From: an uncultured delta proteobacterium
GTDB taxonomy: Bacteria > Desulfobacterota > Deferrimicrobia > Deferrimicrobiales > Deferrimicrobiaceae
NCBI GenBank assembly: GCA_963770975.1
Contig: CAVYRM010000004.1
Span: forward strand, 65,622-129,621
Reading direction: 5' to 3'
DNA length: 64,000 nucleotides
Part shown: in pieces, positions 20,629-28,809 of the stretch
How positions within the stretch are numbered: the first letter of the stretch is position 1
Layout: each line of letters opens with the position of its first letter
Made by a program: the position numbers and the translations under genes
Notes under the pieces: generated by a model
Seen by the model: only the letters and a program-made list of their open reading frames with translations
Told to the model about the DNA's origin: nothing
Database searches by the model: none

Positions 20629-21119
20629 GGACCGTCGCCGTTTATCCCGGGTCGTTCGACCCTCCCACGAACGGGCACCTGGACATCATCGAACGATCCT
20701 CCCGGGTATTCTCCAGGGTGATCGTCGCGGTCGCCCTGAACCTCAGGAAAGACGCCTTCTTCACTCCCGCCGAGCGCGTGCGGATGCTGAAGCGGCTCAC
20801 CGGCGAGTTGCGAAACGTCGAGGTTACCTCGTTCACCGGCCTGCTGGTGGACTTCGCGCGCAAGCGGCAGGCGCACGTCCTCGTCCGGGGATTGCGGGCG
20901 ATCTCCGATTTCGAATACGAGTACCAGATGGCCCACATGAACCGGAAACTGGATCAGACCATCGATACGGTGATCATGATGACAGGGGAAGGTCACTCCG
21001 CCATCAGTTCCAACATCGTGAAGGAAATCGCCATGTTCGGCGGCAAGATCGACGACCTGGTACCCCCCGTGGTCCGGGATCTCGTGTTCAAGAAGCTGAA
21101 AGGAGCGAGGAAAAAATGA
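20625..21119 (+). CDS. coaD: Phosphopantetheine adenylyltransferase
   Basis: ATGA overlap with rsmD. Diagnostic segments are AVYPGSFDPPTNGHLDIIERS, LVRGLRAISDFEYE and ISSNIVKEI. Confidence 0.93.
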   Translation: MRTVAVYPGSFDPPTNGHLDIIERSSRVFSRVIVAVALNLRKDAFFTPAERVRMLKRLTGELRNVEVTSFTGLLVDFARKRQAHVLVRGLRAISDFEYEYQMAHMNRKLDQTIDTVIMMTGEGHSAISSNIVKEIAMFGGKIDDLVPPVVRDLVFKKLKGARKK

Positions 21120-22312
21120 AGCTTTCGAGCCGGGTAGGGAGAATCAAGCCGTCCCCGACGCTTGCGATCACCGGGAAGGCGAAGCAAATGAAGGCGCAGG
21201 GGATCGACGTGGTCGGTTTCGGGGCGGGAGAGCCGGATTTCGACACTCCGGACAATATCAAGGCCGTCGCCAAGAAGGCGTTGGACGACGGGTATACGAA
21301 ATACACCCCGGTCCCGGGTTCGCCGGAGCTGAAGGACGCCGTCATCGCGAAGCTCAAGCGGGACAACGGGCTCGAGTACAAGCGGGAGAACGTCATCGTC
21401 TCCCTCGGGGCGAAGCACTCGATCTACAACGTCGCACAGGCGTTTCTCGATCCGGGCGACGAGGTGATCATCCCCGCCCCGTACTGGGTGTCCTACCCGG
21501 ACATCGCGCTCCTGGCGGACGCCACGCCGGTGATCGTGGAGGCGAAGCAGTCGACGGGTTTCAAGATCACGCCGGCCCAGCTGGAAAAGGCGATCACCCC
21601 GAAGACGAAGCTCTTCGTGCTGAACAGCCCCTCCAACCCGACGGGGGCGGCCTACACGAAGGCGGAGCTCGAGGCGCTGGCCCAGGTGATCGTGAAGAAG
21701 GACATCACCGTCCTTTCGGACGAGATCTACGAGAAGCTCGTCTACGACGGGTTCCGTTTCGTCTCGATCGCCTCGCTGGGCGAGGAGGTGAAGAAGCGGA
21801 CGATCCTCGTGAACGGGCTGTCCAAGTCCCACTCGATGACGGGGTGGCGGATCGGGTACGTGGCGGCGGACAAGGATCTCGTGGCGGCGATGAACAACAT
21901 CCAGAGCCAGAGCACGAGCAACCCCGTGTCGTTCTGCGACAAGGCGTCGATCGAGGCGCTGAACGGCCCGCAGGACTTCCAGAAGGCATGGGTCGCCGAG
22001 TTCGACCGTCGTCGCCGCTACATCACCGATCGTCTCAACAAGATGCCCGGGGTATCGTGCCTGCTGCCGCAGGGGGCGTTCTACGTCTTCCCGAACTTCT
22101 CCGGGTGCTACGGGAAGAAGACCCCGGCGGGCAAGGTGATCGACGGCTCTTCGGCCCTCTCGGCCTACCTGCTCGACGACCACAAGGTGGCGGCCGTCCC
22201 GGGGATCGCCTTCGGCGACGACGCGTGCCAGCGGCTCTCCTACGCCACGTCGATGAAGAACATCGAGAAGGGGATCGACCGGATCGAGCAGGCCGTCAAG
22301 GCCCTCGCGTAA
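21116..22312 (+). CDS. Pyridoxal-phosphate-dependent aminotransferase (aspartate aminotransferase class I)
   Basis: ATGA overlap with coaD. Diagnostic segments are GAGEPDFDTP, NSPSNPTGA and GLSKSHSMTGWRIGY (PLP lysine). Confidence 0.88.
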   Translation: MKLSSRVGRIKPSPTLAITGKAKQMKAQGIDVVGFGAGEPDFDTPDNIKAVAKKALDDGYTKYTPVPGSPELKDAVIAKLKRDNGLEYKRENVIVSLGAKHSIYNVAQAFLDPGDEVIIPAPYWVSYPDIALLADATPVIVEAKQSTGFKITPAQLEKAITPKTKLFVLNSPSNPTGAAYTKAELEALAQVIVKKDITVLSDEIYEKLVYDGFRFVSIASLGEEVKKRTILVNGLSKSHSMTGWRIGYVAADKDLVAAMNNIQSQSTSNPVSFCDKASIEALNGPQDFQKAWVAEFDRRRRYITDRLNKMPGVSCLLPQGAFYVFPNFSGCYGKKTPAGKVIDGSSALSAYLLDDHKVAAVPGIAFGDDACQRLSYATSMKNIEKGIDRIEQAVKALA

Positions 22313-22321
22313 CCGACCCGA

Positions 22322-22358
22322 CGGTTCCGCGGGGAGGCACGTTCTCCCCGCGGAACCG
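22322..22358. terminator. Perfect 14-bp hairpin after aminotransferase stop (terminator candidate, no U-tract)
   Basis: CGGTTCCGCGGGGA (22322-22335), 9-nt loop, TCCCCGCGGAACCG (22345-22358). Confidence 0.4.
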
Positions 22359-22414
22359 GGACTTTCCTCGCAACGGGCCCGAGAAGAATATTCCACCTCA
22401 TCGCCGTACCTGGA

Positions 22415-22539
22415 GCGGGATCCCCTCCCGAGCGGGCGTGTGTTTTTTCCGGAGGCATGGACGCCGAGAGGGAAAAACACCCGCCAGCGTAGGCCGCCAG
22501 GGACGGCGGCCGGAGCGTAGCGAGGGAGGGTGATCCTGC
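22415..22539 (+). repeat. 121-nt structured intergenic element, copy A
   Basis: Closing helix 22417-22429 / 22524-22536 with bulged T22531. Box GAGCGGGCGTGTG at 22430-22442. Hairpin 22435-22450 / 22470-22485. Hairpin GGCCGCC-AGGGAC-GGCGGCC at 22492-22511. Box GAGCGTAGCGA at 22513-22523. It matches copy B at 56689-56809. Confidence 0.6.
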
Positions 22540-22577
22540 GGAAGGGAAGGCGGGTTCGGGGAATATAACGCGGGAGC

Positions 22578-22991
22578 TCAGAGGGGGCGTTGGCCGGTTT
22601 TCTTGAACCGGAAGTAGTCCTCGAGGATCTTCGCGTGGTCGAACGCGATCGGGGAGGGGAGGTCCCCCTCGCCGAACAGCCGCGCCTCGGCGGCGTCGTC
22701 CCCGCCGTTCGGCTCGCCGTCGGAACGGCCGACGTACACCGTGGAGATCGTGTGGTGGCGCGGATCCCGGTTCGGATCGGAGTAGACGCCGAGGAGCGCG
22801 GTGAGGGTCACCCGGAGGCCGGTCTCCTCGAACGCCTCGCGCACGGCCGCGGTTTCGACGGTTTCGCCGGTCTCGACGAACCCGCCGGGGATCGCCCAAC
22901 CCGGCGGGGGATACTTCCGTCGGACGAGGACGACGCGGTCGCCGATCTCGATGACCACGTCGACCGTGGGTAGCGGATTACGGCCTGCCAT
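22578..22991 (-). CDS. NUDIX hydrolase
   Basis: The Nudix box is GGFVETGETVETAAVREAFEETGL. The ORF is 137 aa. Confidence 0.88.
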   Translation of the reverse strand: MAGRNPLPTVDVVIEIGDRVVLVRRKYPPPGWAIPGGFVETGETVETAAVREAFEETGLRVTLTALLGVYSDPNRDPRHHTISTVYVGRSDGEPNGGDDAAEARLFGEGDLPSPIAFDHAKILEDYFRFKKTGQRPL

Positions 22992-23034
22992 GGGGCGCTC
23001 CGGCCGCGCGGAGACATTCCGGGCGGAGAATTTG

Positions 23035-23043
23035 TGCTATAAA
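23035..23043 (+). promoter_or_regulatory. Extended -10 promoter element (TGcTATAAA) immediately upstream of lysE-like ATG
   Basis: TG is at 23035-23036 and TATAAA at 23038-23043. The ATG at 23051 lies 7-8 nt downstream, where a TSS would be expected. Confidence 0.35.
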
Positions 23044-23050
23044 TTTTACT

Positions 23051-23731
23051 ATGAATTTCGCGAATCCCGCGGCGATCTTCGCCTCTTCCTTCATCATCGG
23101 TCTGTCCGGTGCGATGATGCCCGGCCCCCTCCTGGCCGTCACCATCCGCCATGCCTCCCGGCGGGGGTTCGTCGCCGCCCCGCTGCTCGTTCTCGGTCAC
23201 GCCATCCTCGAAGCGGGGCTCCTCTGTCTCCTCGTGTTCGGGATGACGGAGTGGCTGAAGGGCGACGCCGCGGTGACGACCATCGCCCTCCTGGGGGCCG
23301 TCATGCTCCTCCGGATGGCGGTGGGCATGGCCCGGGAGGTCCGAACGCTCCATTTCGACCCTTCCGCGCCGGAAGTTTCCTCGCCGCGGACGGCCGCCGG
23401 GGAAAAAAGCGGGTGGCTGCGCCCCGTTCTCGACGGAATCGTCACCTCCGCCTCGAACCCGTACTGGTCCCTGTGGTGGGCCACGATCGGCCTCGGCTAC
23501 CTCCTTCTTTCCCGCGGGCAGGGATGGCGCGGCGTTCTCGCTTTCTTCTCCGGTCACATCCTCTCGGACATGGCCTGGTACCTGTTCGTCGGGGCAGCGG
23601 TCTCGGCCGGCCGGGGTTGGTTCACCGATCGGGCGTACCGGGGCATCGTGGCCGCGTGCGCCGTGTTCCTCGTCTTCTTCGCGATCACGTTCGGGTACCT
23701 GGGGGTCTCGCGACTGGTACGCATCCTGTAG
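23051..23731 (+). CDS. LysE/RhtB-family translocator-like membrane protein
   Basis: The 226-aa product is polytopic and hydrophobic. The N-terminal motif FIIGLSGAMMPGPLL is typical of the LysE superfamily. Confidence 0.6.
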   Translation: MNFANPAAIFASSFIIGLSGAMMPGPLLAVTIRHASRRGFVAAPLLVLGHAILEAGLLCLLVFGMTEWLKGDAAVTTIALLGAVMLLRMAVGMAREVRTLHFDPSAPEVSSPRTAAGEKSGWLRPVLDGIVTSASNPYWSLWWATIGLGYLLLSRGQGWRGVLAFFSGHILSDMAWYLFVGAAVSAGRGWFTDRAYRGIVAACAVFLVFFAITFGYLGVSRLVRIL

Positions 23732-23761
23732 GTCGAAGATATCATCCGTGGAGGCCTCTAC

Positions 23762-26260
23762 ATGAAAGCGGTCGTGATGGCGGGAGGGTTCGGAACGCGG
23801 CTCCGCCCCTTGACGGAAAAGCTCCCGAAGCCGATGGCGAACGTGGCGAACCGCCCGATGATGGAGCACGTCGTGCGCCTCCTCGCCGCGGAGGGGATCG
23901 GGGACCTCGAGGTGCTCCTCCACTTCTACCCCGAGAAGATCAGCTCGTACTTCGGGGACGGGGAACCCTGGGGAGTACGGATGAAGTACGTCAACGCGGA
24001 GGCGGATTACGGGACCGCGGGGGCGGTGAAGAACGCCGAGGAGCGGCTGTCCGGCACCTTCCTGGTGATCAGCGCCGACATCATCACGGATTTCGACCTG
24101 TCCAAGGCGATCGACTTCCACAGGGAGAGGAAGGCGGCGGTGACGATCGTCCTCACGCGCGTCCCCAATCCCCTCCAGTACGGGATCGTTCTCACCGAGG
24201 AGGACGGGCGGATCGTCCGCTTCCTCGAAAAGCCGACGTGGGGGGAGGTCTTCTCCGACACGATCAACACCGGGATCTACATCGTCGAGCCGGAGGTGCT
24301 CGGTCTCATCCCCCCGAAGAAGAACTTCGACTTCAGCAAGAACCTCTTTCCCGCCATGCTGGCGCGGGGGGATCGGCTGCTGGGGTATATCGCCGAAGGG
24401 TACTGGAAGGACGTGGGAAACCTCGACGAATACCTGAACGTCCACCTCGACATCCTGGCCGGGAAAGTAAAGATCGGGTTCGAGGGGGAAAAGGCGGGCG
24501 ACCGGAGCGTCTGGATCGGCGAAGGGTCGAAGGTCGACTACACGGCGGAGCTCACCAACGTTCTCCTCGGGAAGAACTGCGTCATCGGTTCCGGGGTGAC
24601 GATGAACAACGTCGTCGTCGGCGACGGCTGCCTGATCGACGACGGGGCGGTGATCCAGTCCTCCGTCCTGTGGCAGCGGGTGTCGATCGGGAAGGGGGCC
24701 AGGGTCCTCGAGAACATCATCGGTTCCGACGCGAGGGTGGAGCGCGGGGCCTTCCTCGCGGAGCGGGCGGTGATCAGCGATCATTGCAGCATCGGCACGG
24801 AGGCGGTGGTGAAGCCGAACGTGAAGGTGTGGCCCCACAAGGTGGTCGAGGACGGGGCCGTCCTGTCGTCCTCCCTCATCTGGGGGGAGAAGTGGGCCCG
24901 CTCCCTCTTCGGGGCCTACGGGATCGTCGGACTGGCGAACATCGAGATCTCCCCGGAGTTCGCCGCGAAGGTCGGCGCGGCGTACGCCGCGACGTTCGGC
25001 AGGAAGGTGGTCCTCTCCACGAGCCGGGACAGCCACAAGGCGTCCCGGATGATCAACCGGGCGATCATGACCGGGATGCTCTCGGTCGGCGTGGACGTGC
25101 ACGACTACGGCGTCACGCCGTTGCCGGTGGTCCGTTTCCTCGCCCGGTCGCACGGGGAGGAGCGGGGAGGCGTCCACACGCGGAAAAGTCCCTTCGACCC
25201 GTCGTTCGTGGACCTCAAGTTCTTCGACGACTCGGGCCTCGACCTCCCGATGGGGCTTGAGAAGAACATCGAGAACCAGTTCTTCCGCGAAGACTTCGTG
25301 CGTGCGGACATCGAGGAGACGGGGGTGATCACCTTCCCGGTGGGGGGATTCGACCTGTACGTCGACGGGTTCGCGAAGTCCGTCGACGCCGCGACGATCA
25401 AGCAGCGGAACTACAACATCGTGCTCGACTACTCCTACGGCTCGGCGGCGGTCATCTTCCCCCGGATCCTGGGCCAGCTCGGGGTCGAGACGGTGGCGCT
25501 GAACGCCATCCTCGACCCGGCGCGGATCACCCGGACCCAGGAGGAGTTCGACAGGGGGATGGGGCACCTCGCCGCGATCGCCCGCTCCCTGTCCGCCGAC
25601 CTCGGGGTGATGCTGGACACGGGCGGCGAGAAGATCTTCCTCGTGGACGAGAAGGGGGACGCCCTTCCCGACGCGACGGCGCTGCAGGTGGTCTGCCTCC
25701 TCGCCTGCCGGCAGGCGCGCCACGGGCTGGTGGGCGTCCCGGTCACCGCGTCGCGGAACGTGGAGAAGATCGCGGCGCGCTTCGGGATGGACGTCGTCCG
25801 CACCCGCACGCTGCCCCGGTCGCTGATGGAGACCGCCGCCCGGGAAGGAGTCGCGTTCGCCGGGGACGGATCGGGCGGATTCGTGTTCCCCCGCTTCCAG
25901 CCGGCATTCGACGGCATGTTCGCCATCGTGAAGATCATGGAGATGATGGCGGCCGAGGGACGGGGCCTCTCCGACATCCTGCGGGAGATTCCCCCGACCG
26001 TGCTGATCCACCGCAAGATCCCGTGCGCGTGGGAGAACAAGGGATCCCTGATGCGGCTCCTGACCGGGCATGCCAAGGGGAAGCCGAGCCAGTTCATCGA
26101 CGGGGTGAAGGTGTTCGAGGGGGAGGATTGGGCGCTCGTCTACCCGAGCCAGGACGAGGCGTACTTCCACCTCGTGGTCGAGTCCGAGGACGCCCGGACC
26201 GCGGAACGGATCGCCGCCGAGTACACGGACCTGTTCGCGTCCTGGGGGAAGGGGCTTTGA
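23762..26260 (+). CDS. Fusion protein: sugar-1-phosphate nucleotidyltransferase + left-handed beta-helix + phosphohexomutase-like C-terminal half (non-canonical catalytic loops)
   Basis: The N-terminus reads MKAVVMAGGFGTRLRPLTEKLPKPM. Hexapeptide-repeat region (VIGSGVTMNNVVVGDGCLIDDGAVI). The C-terminal half aligns by eye with PGM/PMM (FGAYGIVG...), but its four catalytic loops read TRKSPFDP, DTGGEK, GDGSGG and YPSQDEA. Confidence 0.8.
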   Translation: MKAVVMAGGFGTRLRPLTEKLPKPMANVANRPMMEHVVRLLAAEGIGDLEVLLHFYPEKISSYFGDGEPWGVRMKYVNAEADYGTAGAVKNAEERLSGTFLVISADIITDFDLSKAIDFHRERKAAVTIVLTRVPNPLQYGIVLTEEDGRIVRFLEKPTWGEVFSDTINTGIYIVEPEVLGLIPPKKNFDFSKNLFPAMLARGDRLLGYIAEGYWKDVGNLDEYLNVHLDILAGKVKIGFEGEKAGDRSVWIGEGSKVDYTAELTNVLLGKNCVIGSGVTMNNVVVGDGCLIDDGAVIQSSVLWQRVSIGKGARVLENIIGSDARVERGAFLAERAVISDHCSIGTEAVVKPNVKVWPHKVVEDGAVLSSSLIWGEKWARSLFGAYGIVGLANIEISPEFAAKVGAAYAATFGRKVVLSTSRDSHKASRMINRAIMTGMLSVGVDVHDYGVTPLPVVRFLARSHGEERGGVHTRKSPFDPSFVDLKFFDDSGLDLPMGLEKNIENQFFREDFVRADIEETGVITFPVGGFDLYVDGFAKSVDAATIKQRNYNIVLDYSYGSAAVIFPRILGQLGVETVALNAILDPARITRTQEEFDRGMGHLAAIARSLSADLGVMLDTGGEKIFLVDEKGDALPDATALQVVCLLACRQARHGLVGVPVTASRNVEKIAARFGMDVVRTRTLPRSLMETAAREGVAFAGDGSGGFVFPRFQPAFDGMFAIVKIMEMMAAEGRGLSDILREIPPTVLIHRKIPCAWENKGSLMRLLTGHAKGKPSQFIDGVKVFEGEDWALVYPSQDEAYFHLVVESEDARTAERIAAEYTDLFASWGKGL

Positions 26261-26280
26261 CGGGCGGGAGACCTCTTCGC

Positions 26281-26904
26281 GTGCTGGCGATGGAGGTCGG
26301 CCCGCTCGCGGAGAACACGTACATCGTCGGCCACGCGGAGAGCGGGAAGGCCGTGGTGATCGACCCGGGGGACGACGGCGAGGAGATCCTGCACAGGGTG
26401 TCCGCGGAAGGGTGGACCATCGAGAAGATCCTGCTCACCCACGGGCACTTCGACCACGTCGGGGCGGTTTCGCTCCTCAAGGAACGCACCGGGGCGGACG
26501 TCCACATCCACCCCGACGACGCGGGACAGCTGCGGACGGCGGGTCGCCAGGCCCTGATGTTCGGGCTGCGCGTGCCCACCCCTCCGCCTCCCGACGTCCT
26601 CGTTCGCGAGGGGGACGCCATCGCGCTGGGGAAGGCGACTTTCCGGGTTCTCCATACCCCGGGCCACACGCCGGGACACGTGACGTACCTCGCCGGGGAT
26701 CTCGCGTTCGTCGGCGACCTCATCTTCGCGGGATCCATCGGCCGGACGGATCTTCCCGGGGGATCGCTTCCCGAGCTGCTCCGCGCGGTGCGGGAGAAGA
26801 TCTTCACCCTGCCCGAGGGGACCGTGCTGTTCCCCGGGCACGGCCCGGCGACGACGGTGGGCGCCGAGAAGCGCGGGAACCCATTCTTCACGGGGAGGAT
26901 ATAG
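26281..26904 (+). CDS. MBL-fold metallo-hydrolase (glyoxalase II-like)
   Basis: Diagnostic segments are THGHFDHVGA and HTPGHTPGH. GTG 26281 has GGGAG 8 nt upstream. Alternatives are TTG 26257 and ATG 26290. Confidence 0.85.
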   Translation: MLAMEVGPLAENTYIVGHAESGKAVVIDPGDDGEEILHRVSAEGWTIEKILLTHGHFDHVGAVSLLKERTGADVHIHPDDAGQLRTAGRQALMFGLRVPTPPPPDVLVREGDAIALGKATFRVLHTPGHTPGHVTYLAGDLAFVGDLIFAGSIGRTDLPGGSLPELLRAVREKIFTLPEGTVLFPGHGPATTVGAEKRGNPFFTGRI

Positions 26905-26908
26905 GGAG

Positions 26909-28111
26909 ATGACCACGCTTTCGGGCAAGGAGATCGTCCTCGGCGTGACCGGGGGGATCGCGGCGTACAAGGCCTGCGAGATCGTCCGCGAGCTGCGCAA
27001 GGAGGGCGCGGGAGTCCGGGTCATCCTCACCGCGTCCGGGGCGAGGTTCATCACCCCGCTCACCCTCCAGACGCTTTCGAAGAACCCGGTCTACACCGAG
27101 ATGTTCGACCTCATCTCCGAGTCCGAGATCGGCCATATTTCCCTCGCCCAGGGGGCGAACCTCCTGATGATCGCCCCGGCCACCGCGAACATCCTCGGGA
27201 AGATCCGCGGCGGCATCGCGGACGACCTGCTCTCCACCGTGGTGATGGCGACCGCGGCGCCGGTGCTTCTCGCGCCGGCCATGAACAGCCAGATGTACGC
27301 CTCCCCGGCGGTGCGGGAGAACGTGGAGACCCTCATGGAAAGGGGCTTCACCTTCGTGGAGCCGGGAGAGGGGGAGCTGGCGTGCGGGACCGTCGGCCCC
27401 GGCCGCCTGGCCGACACGGGGAAGATCGTCGAGATGGCCCGGATCCTCCTGGCGGAGAAGATCCTCAACGGGAAGAAGGTGGTCGTGAGCGCCGGACCGA
27501 CCGCGGAGGACATCGACCCCGTGCGGTACCTGACGAACCGGGCGACCGGCAAGATGGGGTTCGCGATGGCGGCGGTCGCCCGCCGCTTCGGCGCGGACGT
27601 CACGCTGGTGGCCGGGCCGACCGCCCTGCCGGATCCGCCGTTCGTGAAGATCGTCAGGGTGCGATCCGCGGGGGAGATGATGGGCGCGGTCGTCTCGGCC
27701 TCCGAGAACGCCGATGCGGTGGTGATGGCGGCGGCCGTGGCCGACTTCCGGCCGGAAACGGCCGCTTCGCAGAAGATCAAGAAGGAGCGGTTCGAGCGGA
27801 AGATCGAGCTGGTCCCGACGGAGGACATCCTCTCCCACCTCGGGAGTTCGAAGAGGAACCGTGTCCTGATCGGCTTCGCGGCGGAGACGACCGACCTCAC
27901 GGGGAACGCGGTCGACAAGATGCGCCGGAAGAACCTCGACGCGATCGTGGCGAACGACGTCTCCCGCAACGATATCGGCTTCGCCTCCGACAGCAACGAG
28001 GTCCGGGTCCACTTTTCCGACGGCACCGCCCTCGACCTGGCCATGGCGGCAAAGGACTCCATCGCCTCCGCCGTATGGCGGGCGGTCTGCCACAAGTTCC
28101 TGTCCGGATGA
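26909..28111 (+). CDS. coaBC: Bifunctional phosphopantothenoylcysteine decarboxylase / phosphopantothenate--cysteine ligase
   Basis: The flavoprotein N-domain reads GVTGGIAAYKACEIVRELRKEG and PAMNSQMY. The C-terminal DFP domain reads SAGPTAEDIDPVRYLTNRATGKMG. Confidence 0.93.
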   Translation: MTTLSGKEIVLGVTGGIAAYKACEIVRELRKEGAGVRVILTASGARFITPLTLQTLSKNPVYTEMFDLISESEIGHISLAQGANLLMIAPATANILGKIRGGIADDLLSTVVMATAAPVLLAPAMNSQMYASPAVRENVETLMERGFTFVEPGEGELACGTVGPGRLADTGKIVEMARILLAEKILNGKKVVVSAGPTAEDIDPVRYLTNRATGKMGFAMAAVARRFGADVTLVAGPTALPDPPFVKIVRVRSAGEMMGAVVSASENADAVVMAAAVADFRPETAASQKIKKERFERKIELVPTEDILSHLGSSKRNRVLIGFAAETTDLTGNAVDKMRRKNLDAIVANDVSRNDIGFASDSNEVRVHFSDGTALDLAMAAKDSIASAVWRAVCHKFLSG

Positions 28112-28809
28112 GCGGGACCGTTTCCCGAAAGATGATATCGGCGTGGCTTCGTGAAGTCGGCGTCGATTACCTTCTCCTGCCTCCCCGTTCCGCGGGGCCT
28201 TCCCGGCCGGGGGCATCCCCGGCGTCTCGGGGTTCGTCTCCCGACGGAGGGGAGACCCTCGAGGAAATCCGTCGGGAGTTGACCGACTGCGGCGGTTGCC
28301 CCTTGTGCGGCGGCCGCAGGACGATCGTCTTCGGCGTGGGAAATCCCCGGGCCCGGCTGATGTTCGTGGGGGAAGGGCCGGGCGCCGAGGAAGACCGCCA
28401 GGGAGAGCCGTTCGTAGGCGCTGCCGGAAAGCGCCTCGACCAATGGATCGCCCGGATCGGCCTTCGCCGCGAGGACGTCTACATCGCCAACATCGTGAAG
28501 TGCCGTCCGCCCGGGAACCGGGTGCCCACCGCCGACGAATCCAAGGCCTGCCTGCCGTACCTGATGCGCCAGATCCGCTCGATCCGCCCGGAGATCCTCT
28601 GCACGCTCGGCCTGACGGCGCTGAACCATCTCCTGGGGGTGGACGAGCGGATCACGCGGGCCCGCGGGAAGTGGCGCGACCTGGAAGGAACGCCGCTTCT
28701 CCCCACGTATCACCCCGCGTTCATCCTGCGCGATCCCGCCAGGGAACGGGAAGTGTTCGAGGATTTCGAAGCGATCGCGCGGCGCCTCGCCCTTCCTCCA
28801 CCGAAATGA
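28108..28809 (+). CDS. Uracil-DNA glycosylase, family 4
   Basis: ATGA overlap with coaBC. Diagnostic segments are CGGCPLC, MFVGEGPGAEEDRQGEPFVGAAG, NIVKCRPPGNR and HPAFILR. Confidence 0.88.
   Translation: MSGTVSRKMISAWLREVGVDYLLLPPRSAGPSRPGASPASRGSSPDGGETLEEIRRELTDCGGCPLCGGRRTIVFGVGNPRARLMFVGEGPGAEEDRQGEPFVGAAGKRLDQWIARIGLRREDVYIANIVKCRPPGNRVPTADESKACLPYLMRQIRSIRPEILCTLGLTALNHLLGVDERITRARGKWRDLEGTPLLPTYHPAFILRDPAREREVFEDFEAIARRLALPPPK

Noticed and set aside
22457-22492. A tiny ORF (MDAEREKHPPA) inside element copy A.
   Set aside because: GGAGG lies only 1 nt from the ATG. The ORF is 11 codons long, it lies in the loop and 3' arm of hairpin P2, and it has no counterpart in copy B.
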